A DNA stretch of 62,322 bases, counting the filler, from Basidiobolus ranarum (Eukaryota), in NCBI GenBank assembly GCA_040143965.1. It is 10 parts of 10 records of this genome, joined end to end, with 100 filler letters (N's around TTAATTAATTAA, not from the genome) between each part and the next. Parts side by side here need not be neighbours in the genome. Positions count along the whole stretch, not along the records: positions 49,965 to 56,094 come from JASJQH010001402.1; positions 56,195 to 62,322 come from JASJQH010001403.1; 8 more parts are not named here. One strand, 5' to 3'. The position numbers and the translations under genes are program-made. The notes under the pieces are model-generated. The model worked only from the letters and a program-made list of their open reading frames with translations, was not told the DNA's origin and did not search any database. This document shows positions 52,542-62,322 of this stretch, piece by piece (position 1 is the first letter of the stretch; each line of letters opens with the position of its first letter).

Positions 52542-55143
52542 CATATTGCTAGCACTAAAGTAAAATAATCAATGGCACTCTTCTCTTTTTGAACAAACAA
52601 CCACATGCTTGTTCTTGATAAGTGAAAAGCACATTGAACATTATATCTATTGCAGTAGTCTCAGACACTTCAACTCTTCTTAATCACTACAACAATAATG
52701 ACATTCAGAAACTTGATATCATCTTCATTAAAGGAGTATAATAAAGCTCAACACTATTTATATACACAAATAATGGTTGCAGCATTGAGATTGCTTTAAA
52801 TTCCCGTATTCTATAGTAGTAGCTACTACATTAAGAGTTTTCCGAAAATATTATAATTTTATGGATTTGAATTGCAGAGAATTTACAATGTATCCCTAAG
52901 CTCCATCTAATACAAAGTTGCTCAAAAGTACACCAAATCTACATGCCATATTAACATCATGTTTGTGAGTGTAGACATTATGAGAACATGCTGTAGTAAA
53001 AGGCCCGCCATTAAAATTGTATTCATACTTTCAAGTATTATTGATATCTTACGCGAAAATTCTGAAGTGAATGCATCAGTGTAAAATACTTTTTGTCATA
53101 CCAATTAACTACTTTAAAAGGAGGCATTACATAAAACACCTATGGTAAACTCAATAGCAAATCATGCTAATCGGGAACTACATCGAATAATACATATTCG
53201 CAATGTTAGTATTATGATGAGATAGCATAATCTTCATACTAAATACAGCATATCTATTATCACCTGCGCTCTGAGTCACACCAAAAAGCATAATAATAAC
53301 ACCGATTGACTATGTCGAGATGTCAATGTACACGCTATATAGCTCTTAATTATATCACCCTCACATGGATAACTGATCGACTCCCACAGCCACATCACAA
53401 TGTACACATGATACACACCGTTCTTCATAAATGACATGTATATTTTCCCACATTCCATTTTTTTATTCATGCTTCTTTCTACTAAAATATACCATGACAT
53501 TAATGGGATTGATTTTAGCCTTCGTGAGGATCAATATCACTCCAAGATATTCTTCCAACCAATATGGGATAGAATTTTTCATGTTGACCGGGCCTTTGCT
53601 CATCTGAGTTACATGATTACATATTTTGGTTGGATTTGTTTATTTTCCCCTTCCGCAATGCTAAAACCGAGCGCAAATCACTCATTATCCATGGAAGGTT
53701 AGTAATCTAACAGAAATCGTGTATCACCAATAATATGTCTACATACTTAGAGTCATTTGGCAATTGAAAAATCAGTAACAACTGATTAATTGAACTCGAT
53801 TTCCACCTTTTAGAAAATTCGTACGTCAGATAAGAGAAACAAACCTCCACCTATAGCAAGAAAAAAAATGCTAATGAAAAGTTACCAACTGAAATACTGG
53901 AGGGTAAGAGAAGTCCAAGAGACTATTGAGAGTATTCTTTACTGCGTACCGTATCAATTGCAAACGACTTGATGGAAAGAACAGGTTCTGTCAATTGGCC
54001 AATAGAAATGTCTTGATATTGCTAATAGTGCGTCTATAATTGGGCTTGAATATATTCATTAGTGATCGAGAAATCACTATTATTTGTCTAGACCAGTCTC
54101 TCAATCTAAAGATCTTTTAATCAACTTTTCAATATCACTACTATATGAGGTATTGACTAGCAGCTCATTATTAGTCAGATGGACAGGTCTAGATAGGACT
54201 TATCCGGGCATTCCTAGCACAGGGCATGCAGTGCTGAAGGTAATTTTGGACTGCTTTACATGAGATAAATCATGAGTAATAAGGTAATATCTCACTTGAG
54301 GATCTTATAATGATATAATTATTTAGAGTTGGCTGAAGAACAAGCATGGTGTGTCATTTATCATGGTTTCGGAGTTTTTTGATCCATTACTCCTGTTATA
54401 ATGTGATAGGCTCAATTAAGTCTAATAAAATGCCGGAAATATTGAGCTTGCGCTCTACCATTTAACTTCAATCGCTCATGTGAAACCTTTATAAAAAATC
54501 TTCCCTGACTCATACTCAATTCAAAATGACTTCTAACATATGTTGATCGGCCGCTTTTCACTCTTTATGCTTGTTAGTAGAGATTCGAATAATGCCTCAA
54601 TCTTCTGATGATGTCTGAAATGTCAAAGAGCCCCAATCATTTGATCTCGCCTACTTAAAATGGATATGACAGCTCACGTTTCCCCATATGGTTGGTACGA
54701 TAACCCCTAATTCGGGTCAATATTGTTCAGGTACATCATGTAACATATGGACTTGCTGACATATCTTCGATCTAGATTTTATTAAAATTTTGGGTATACA
54801 AATACCGGGGTTAAGAAAATGCGTAGTTTGTGGGAAATAATAACTGCCTCGTTGGACGACAAATCCTTGGGGGTAAGTACATGGTCTAGCAAGGTGGTTG
54901 GTCCTTTTGATCTCGATGATGTTATTTCTCACTATACTACATATAAACAAAAGATAATTCTGGACAAAATGGGATTTCTAAGGGTCTAGTAAGCTTCTAC
55001 TTTGACCTGTTTACACAGAATGAAAAGTAAAAGTTACCAGTCTCGTAAAAGCAACGCGGTCTCAATAGTAAATATATACAATTAGATGCAGGTGGAAGTT
55101 TAAGTGAGATATTGGTCGTTTCTATTACACGAAGTAAAGCAAA

Positions 55144-56034
55144 TCAAACAGGTGCCGAGCATCCAAATGAGGTAGCTGCTCCCGACTGATTAAATCCGTC
55201 AATAATCCCTTGTACGCTAGAGTATATACCCAGTCCTGCAGTTGCAAGTGCCGCCAAAAAGAACAAAAAGTTGAATGTTTTGACGTACCAATGCTTAGAG
55301 AAAGCACGACGCCAACGAGATAGGTCACGCCAAGTATCTATGCGATGAGTTGCACCAGTGATAGGATCGTATGGTTTTTCACCCTGCAATGCATCTTTTT
55401 GCATGTCGAAGCCAAGCATGAGAATAGGTGGGAATGTGTACGAAAACTGCAGAATACAGACAGCAGCCACTAAACCTGATATGTTGCTGAACTGAGGGAC
55501 GGAGCCTGCTACAACATAAGCAACACACCAATAAACAATGACCATTACAGTCCACAAATATCTTCCTTTTCTAGATTCCATTTCAGGGCCTTTGAGCATG
55601 TCCAAAATTACATTCTGATATATCACTTTGATTCCAATGTTTCCGTAAAGCCCAGCGGCAATTAATGCCGATAGTAGTGAGATAATATTAGTTGCGGTTT
55701 GCCAACCATAGATAGAGATTCCTTGGTTCCCGGGATTGATGGTGAATTGTCCTTGGTAATGATAGACAAAAATGCCAAAGAACATGTAACAGACACAGAT
55801 AAGCGTTTGTGCACAAGCCATTGCTTTCCAAAAGTCCATTGGTCTCTTCATTTCAGCCATAAACTCCACAAACATCATAGCACCACCATATGAATACACA
55901 ATCTGCATGATACCAACGATTTGAGTGTTCACAGGGCCGTGGATGAAGGCTTTCGAGATCACAGTATGACCAGTAACAGCATTCTCCATCGAGGCAGCAG
56001 TGAAATTGGGAGCGGAATGGGCGACAACTCCCAT
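55144..56034 (-). CDS. Amino-acid transporter (Aa_trans/Mtr-like), last exon; 5' part missing
   Basis: Multi-TM protein with YSYGGAMMFVEFMAEMKRPMDFWKA, IAAGLYGNIGIK and VPQFSNISGLVAAVCILQFSYTFPP; splice acceptor TTCCAG precedes 56034. Confidence 0.9.
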   Translation of the reverse strand: MGVVAHSAPNFTAASMENAVTGHTVISKAFIHGPVNTQIVGIMQIVYSYGGAMMFVEFMAEMKRPMDFWKAMACAQTLICVCYMFFGIFVYHYQGQFTINPGNQGISIYGWQTATNIISLLSALIAAGLYGNIGIKVIYQNVILDMLKGPEMESRKGRYLWTVMVIVYWCVAYVVAGSVPQFSNISGLVAAVCILQFSYTFPPILMLGFDMQKDALQGEKPYDPITGATHRIDTWRDLSRWRRAFSKHWYVKTFNFLFFLAALATAGLGIYSSVQGIIDGFNQSGAATSFGCSAPV

Positions 56035-56501
56035 CTGGAAGATGTACTAATCGCCCGTCAAGAGCCGGAAGTTATTGAATCAAAAAACATTGATNNNNNN
56101 NNNNNNNNNNNNNNNNNNNNNNNNNNNNNNNNNNNNNNTTAATTAATTAANNNNNNNNNNNNNNNNNNNNNNNNNNNNNNNNNNNNNNNNNNNNTAGTAA
56201 CAACACTTGGATTATAAATTCTATCTATTTAGCAAGGGCATTTATTGTTCTAATCAATTATTTTACAACACCTTGAGTTTTGTTTGATTTTCAGTCGTTG
56301 TTTCTACGGGATATTCGAGTATTCTACATGCATTATCAAGGTTAGCATATTATATAGAGTTCCTCAGATGAAGTGATAAATTGGATGCTTCGGTTTTATG
56401 GGATTAACGGGTATAACCTTTATTTAGAGTTAAATTATATATCTGGTGATAGCAACACTTCATGATACAAACTTATATGTAACGTAATTTAGGCACGAAG
56501 T

Positions 56502-56702
56502 TTAGTTGCAAGCATCCAAACATTTAGATGAGGCTTGGTTGGCTTCATACATGCATTGAGAACGGCTCACATTTTTGCAAATATTGTTCTTAGTAAAGTT
56601 GTAGGTGTCCAAGCAGGATTGTCTACACTTCATGTCAAGTGCTCCAACTGAGGCAAGGAGTGCGAAGCATACCACAACGGTTTTAAGAGTATTTGCAAGC
56701 AT
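56502..56702 (-). CDS. Small secreted cysteine-rich peptide, 66 aa
   Basis: Signal peptide MLANTLKTVVVCFALLASVGA plus a 45-aa mature part with 6 Cys; TATATAAA on the minus strand near 56813-56806 and a pyrimidine-rich leader. Confidence 0.75.
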   Translation of the reverse strand: MLANTLKTVVVCFALLASVGALDMKCRQSCLDTYNFTKNNICKNVSRSQCMYEANQASSKCLDACN

Positions 56703-59109
56703 GATTTTCAGGACAGAGTTACAGGAAAGGAAAGGCACAGGCAGAAAGATTCAAAGTAGAGAATGAATCAAGATGATGATGATCTTTAAGGGGACAGTAC
56801 TGTGGTTTATATATCGTAAAGGGATGGGATATATTTTAGTTAGTAGACTTTTCTAATTTATAATACATGTAGTAAATTCACACAAATGTAGTATGTGCTT
56901 TAGTGGTACCTAAACTTGCCCCACCAGACTACTTTGCTCATCTATTCAAAGAACATGTATCGACGTATCCGTGATTCAATATCCCCAATCAAAGAAGTTT
57001 CGTAGTGAATGCACTATTCGCAAACAGTCCTTTTTCTCTTCCATCATTATGTATCACACCGCCACATCTCAACGCTGGGTTACTGATTAATTTGGTCACA
57101 CTTGTGCAATGTTTTGTTGCTTGGGAAAACTTGTAGGCAAAATCATGCAGTGAAATCTACTTTCGGAGCTCATCGCATTTATATAAAAAAAAGAAGTGCC
57201 AACATGTAGTGTGACCAAGCCACCAATTTCGGCAATTAAATTCTCATTTAAGCAGTCACTTTTTCACTTGTTTATCAGAAATTAATCAGTTGGTGTTTAA
57301 TCTATTATTATACTAGTGAGAAGGTCAAAGGCGCTGTATTCAGGTCGATCATTTCAATAATTCTTTCAGTCACTCAATGATCCATAATTACAGCCAGCCC
57401 CTGCTATAGTTGGTAAAGTTCATGTAATTTCAAGTTAAGAATTATGAAGTCAACTCACGTCATAGTTGGAAGAGCTTAAAGTATACGAGAGATTTATTAT
57501 GACTATTTCTGCATTGAATTCAATTGAAATAATAAATATTGCCTATAGAACCTATAGCTTAGAGTAACTAGGCATGGGCAACACATAACTCTTAAGTCTG
57601 AACGAGTTATTTCTAGCGTTATACACAATGTGCATCGGTAATGCGACCAATGATTGATCAGAATTTCAAAATACTTTGCTTGTCAGTTCATGCAGATTTA
57701 CGTGTCAGCTTATGTAAGTATATATAGATGGCAGGTTACTTGATTACTTTTGGTAAGTGAGAGTCTGGTTATTTCTTTCGCCACTGATGAATACACTAAT
57801 TACAAGTTTTAAAGTTACAACAATCTGTATTACCACATGTTAAAACTATTGATTGGAAGTGGCAAAAGGTTCTTAGAAGATTCTGGGAATTAAATAACAA
57901 TAGCTAAGATAAACGTGCTTACAGAATGTGGTGTTATGTTACTCTAACTAAGGGAAGAATTGAACTCTGGGCAACAGTAACACAAATAATCATTTTTCGC
58001 ACGATGCAATGGAAGGCTCCTGAGAATGCTTCTTTAGATAACTGTCGGTAAAAGGCTATGTACTGCCTTTACGAGCTGTACAGTTATAGCAATATGTAGT
58101 GTTCTTATTGCTTCTTACTATTGCGCTCGCTTGAATCTTAAAGTATTAGTAAGTGGTATTTACAACATTCTCTACTTGGCAAGTTTGCATTCAGTTACGT
58201 TTAAGGGATTAAGAGTACCTTGTGGTGTCTCTTACTATGCTTAGCAATGTAGTTGACTTCTCTAGTTGGCAAGATAATCTAATAATCTAAAGTAGGAACT
58301 AAGAATGATCGGACTGCTCATATCAAGAAGGTAATATCCAACCTAGCAATACAAGTTGTTGGATGAGCCTTGTCAAACGTAGTGCATTGGATGAGGGTAT
58401 TCCAAGATAGCCCGGTGAGGTTTCTACTCTGCCCTCATAGAAGTATACTGATACAAAAACTTTGTTGCTATCAGCCAATACAAGATAGAAAGAGTTTTCA
58501 AATGAGACTATTACAAGAATGGTCTCATATATGTGTTAATCATCTTGGGGGTACTTCCTCCTGGTACACATCTAGAGGTGAGATAGTATTTCATTTGACA
58601 TAAAAGGCACTTGGTACGACAATACTTGGTTTATTTTTTGACTATTTCGATTGCAACCTAACCCTTACCTAGCCCTTATCTTATAACGAAAAGGGTTGAC
58701 TAATTAATATGGCATATGGCATGAATGCTACAGTATTTCTGTGGTAATGAGCAGGATGAAAATATATTAGTAACGTATTGGACTACTAGAAGCATAAATC
58801 ATGTTGCAATCGGCTAAAGAGATCAATCGAGCAAAAGGATCGACGGTACGCTGACGCATTGAGTAAATTGCAGTTCACTCGGTTAGTAGTTGCTGCCGTG
58901 AGCACATCAGTCAACTGCTACGCAACTCACTTAATTCACCAGCACTGACTCTTAGTTGAGGTCATTCCATAGTCAGCTTTATAAGCCCATGGTAGCTAAC
59001 ACCAAATATTGAGAGAAAAGCAAGTCAGAAACCTAGCTTGTTTATTCTTGATCTACTGAATTTACACTTCTACATGTATATATATATATAGATAACAAGT
59101 GAGTAAACA

Positions 59110-59275
59110 AGTATTAAGAAGATCTTGCAAGAATATAGCGTACTAGTCATTACTGGTGAAGCAGGTTCTGGTAAAACTACTCAAATCCCTCAATACATCC
59201 TTGAAGAGATGGCAGAGTTGGATAAAATAGGTGTGACTCAAACCAAACATAAAGCTGCCGTTACAGTTGCTACAA
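59110..59275 (+). pseudogene. DEAH-box RNA helicase fragment (motifs I and Ia only)
   Basis: VLVITGEAGSGKTTQIPQYILE..IGVTQTKHKAAVTVA (compare GETGSGKTTQIPQY, TQPRRVAA); no recognisable continuation. Confidence 0.75.
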
Positions 59276-59366
59276 TGAGATCAAGACTGGATTATTATCT
59301 ACATGGATTGTATCATCCCATGTCTTCTCTCAAGCAATATTATTTATTGTACTAGCAATAACTCTA

Positions 59367-59510
59367 TTAATGCCATAGGAAAGATACACCACTGCCAGTA
59401 TTGAAGTTTCCATAAGATGTAGAATAGATTTCACCTTGTCCGTTGAACTGGTAGTTGCGGTTGCTGGTGTACACGCTTCCATCATTGTTTATACGTTCCA
59501 CAACCGCAGT
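59367..59510 (-). pseudogene. C-terminal half of a CHAP-like amidase domain (remnant)
   Basis: TAVVERINNDGSVYTSNRNYQFNGQGEIYSTSYGNFNTGSGVSFLWH* resembles CHAP GHVAVVE.VN.DGSV..S..N; catalytic His and the N-terminal half are not found. Confidence 0.5.
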
Positions 59511-60277
59511 ATAGGAAAGATAACTCACCGCCTGTATGGATAATGCTGCTTAACAGTTAGCGTCAAAATATATTACTGGCTATAGTAAGGTTAAATAAAT
59601 GTTACGTTACCTATTTAAGTATACTCCTATCTAATCGGCTAACCCTAAGATTTCGTGGCCGTAGCGAACCGTCTTTGATAGATCTTGAATGGAGTGAATT
59701 TAGCCTTCAGAAATAGAATAATTAGTCGATACACAGCCTTGATAGCTCGGTTCAATTCAGATAATGTAGAGAATACATTATGATTATCATCTATTGTTAT
59801 GGGCCATCAGCAATAATCATTTCTCTTCTTAGCCTACAGATAGGTAATGGTCTGGACATTGTTCAGTATTGAAGTGAAACACGCGAGAGCCAGAGGCAAC
59901 CACTCTAGTACTGGAAAATCACTTGGTGCGCTGGCCATATTAGTTCATCTCGATACGCAGCAACTACATGGCCATACCGCAAATCCATGCGCTTGTTCAT
60001 TCAGCCTATACTTTTTTAGGTCCCGATCCACTTATCTCGATTGCTGTGAAATATTTCAATTGAAATCTACAAATAAGGATTCACCAATTAATCCAAATAA
60101 TTTGCTGGTCAATGATAAATTTCTAAATGAATCTAAGGATTCAAAAAATCAAGATTTCCTAATTATGATTAACTGCAATTAAGTTTCTTAGGGGTTAGGG
60201 GGATGAAAAGCACCAGGTGGTGTGGACTTTATTTAGCTCATATCCTAATCTAAACAAAGTGACAATCAAAATAGCAA

Positions 60278-61017
60278 TGTTGTGTCCAAGAGAAAAGTGG
60301 ATAAAAAGTCTTGAACTTTACTGAACCAAAGAAACAGTTAAGTGCAGAATCTTAGAACTATTTAAGCAGGATATATAAGCAGAGCAGATCTAACTAATAT
60401 ATGTCTTGGGAATAGCAGTGAGTTGCTATGTTATGGTAGAGAGTAGGTTTGCTAGGCAGCTAGGCTTGGTGTTCTGAAGGTGCTAGTGGATACTAGGCTT
60501 GGATAGAAATGAGAGAGGAATATTGAACTTGTTGAGGAACACTGACAAGTGTTAAGATCCTATATTCATTGAGACACACACTAAACCAAAAGGTTCAGTT
60601 AGCTCTATTTATACTTTTTGATAGCAAAGTGAATTAGTAAGTGCCAAGATATTAGATGACTAATTCTGATAAAAGAAAACGTGATTGGATAGATAGATAG
60701 ATAGATAAGTGAGTCATGCATCAGCTGAAGTCTTGGCAGTGAAAGATCATTGGTCATAAATCTTGTTACTCATATTGACTTGTGTCTAGGCAGATGACTC
60801 AGAGGTTAATACTGATTGGATAATGATCATGTGATTGGTCATATGATCTGATAGAAAGGATAAGCAAATAGATAGTTAGTCAGGTGATAGGTCACATGAT
60901 AAAGTCACTGAATAAGGTCAGGTGACTAGTTAGCGCTAATGATAAACTAAACAGATATTCATGCAAGTTGTATAGATATGATGTAAGTTAAGCAACTCTA
61001 TATGTTGGTGCACAACA
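60278..61017 (-). mobile_element. LTR family B, full-length copy
   Basis: Reverse complement of 32504-33242 with TG...CA ends. Confidence 0.9.
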
Positions 61018-61753
61018 AAGATGAAGATAGGAGCAGACATTAAATCACTAATTAATAGAGTCACTATTTTATAGGATGAAATGGAATGCATTGGTGTATC
61101 TACCACTGCTCATGATATCTTAGTTACAGTTCTTAATAACCTGCCACATGAGTCTCAGAGCCTTGTCATGGCTCTAGAATCAAGACTGAAAATTTGACCT
61201 TAAAATGTATATTTGGCAGACTCCCTGATTTATATTTATGCAAATCAGGATCCAACCAAAAGAATGAAGAAAATGCTTTAATAGGCTATGGAAAGCTTCC
61301 TATCAAGGTCAAAAGTACTTTATGCAGAAAAGCAACATATTTTGTGATTAATTTAAAAGAACTGGCAATTTGAGCAAAGGGTGCTTTAAAAGAATTGCAA
61401 AAGAAAAAAAACATACTGAATATGGAAATGTGGTTACAACAGAGGATCACTTGTTCATATCTTCTCTATCTATGACTGACAACAAAAGTTCTCAGATGTT
61501 GGAGCCTCTCAACATTTCTTAAATGAGAAAAATTAGTCTGTGGATTATGAAGAACTCCTTATTAGAAAGGTTTTCATGGGAGATGACTGCACATTGGATG
61601 CTCATGGAGTGTGAACAATTTAAGTCAATTTAAGAAGCTTTGGAAGGGAAAGTGTATACTTTGAAGGATGTACTATGTGTTCCAAACATTGAAAAGAATT
61701 TAATATCTGTATGCAAGGCCACCTTAGAAGGGCTAAAATGCAATTTTGATAAG
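61018..61753 (+). mobile_element. Degenerate Copia gag-protease
   Basis: VTVLNNLPHESQSLVMALESR; DVGASQHF; VFMGDDCTLDAHG; LKDVLCVPNIEKNLISV. Confidence 0.85.
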
Positions 61754-62322
61754 TCAAAGATTGATTTAAGTGGTGCTTACAATCTTGAAAGAATCAAACC
61801 AGGAGACCAATGGAAAAATGCCTTTTAAACTTGCTATGGACACTTTGAATATAATATCATGCCATTTGGACTTACCAATGCCTCAGCAGTTCTTCAAAAC
61901 ATGACAAATCATATCTTGAGAGCATATCTTGACCAGCTTGTGGTAATCTACCTTGATGATATCTTGGTCTTGTCAAGCTCTCAACAAGAACATAATATTC
62001 ATGTTTGTCAAGTCCTAGAAAAGTTGAAAACCTCTGGTCTCTATGCTAAACTTGAGACATATGAATTTAAACAAGCTCAAGTTGATTTCCTTGGACATAA
62101 CACAGCCCATCAGGCATCTCCATGGACCCTAAGAAGGTTGAGTCTGTTCTGTCCTGAGATACTCCCAAGAATGTGAAGGATGTCCAATCTTTCCTTAGAT
62201 TTGCAAGCTTTTACCAATGGTTTGTCAAGAACAACTCTAAAATATCTGCTCCATTAATAAAACTTACAAAGAAAGAACTCCCATTTGACTGGAACCCATT
62301 TTGCCAACAAGCATTTGTAACT
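61754..62322 (+). mobile_element. Degenerate Ty3/Gypsy reverse transcriptase
   Basis: SKIDLSGAYNL.RIKPGDQWK.AF; GHFEYNIMPFGLTNA; VIYLDDILVLS; VDFLGH; DVQSFL.FASFY; PFDWNP. Confidence 0.92.

Overview
This window is not one locus. It is ten unrelated contigs of about 6.1 kb, sorted by decreasing length (6157, 6153, 6151, 6147, 6142, 6140, 6137, 6137, 6130, 6128 nt). They are joined by identical artificial 100-nt spacers (44N-TTAATTAATTAA-44N), so nothing can be inferred from adjacency across a spacer. The DNA is eukaryotic and fungal (short GT-AG introns, chitin synthase, septin). An early-diverging lineage such as Basidiobolus/Zoopagomycota or Mucoromycota is my inference from gene content. 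Recognisable genes: class V/VII chitin synthase, SET1, a Myb protein, RRP12, an HSF-domain factor, an Ime2/MAK kinase, SRP54, mitochondrial ribosomal S18 (six exons, absent from the ORF track), a group XII-like secreted PLA2, a Cdc3-type septin and an amino-acid permease. There are many decayed, CpG-depleted transposons (Copia, Gypsy, CACTA-like, four LTR families, a MITE). I cannot support a complete novel multi-gene system. The best leads are: a rhomboid-pseudoprotease/GT54-like glycosyltransferase fusion; a structured, apparently non-coding locus with H/ACA-like elements; a 6-Cys secreted micro-protein; Copia elements with half-tRNA (hemivirus-type) primer sites; a tandemly duplicated HSF unit; and a CHAP-like gene remnant. 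All family assignments come from motif recognition by eye, not database searches.
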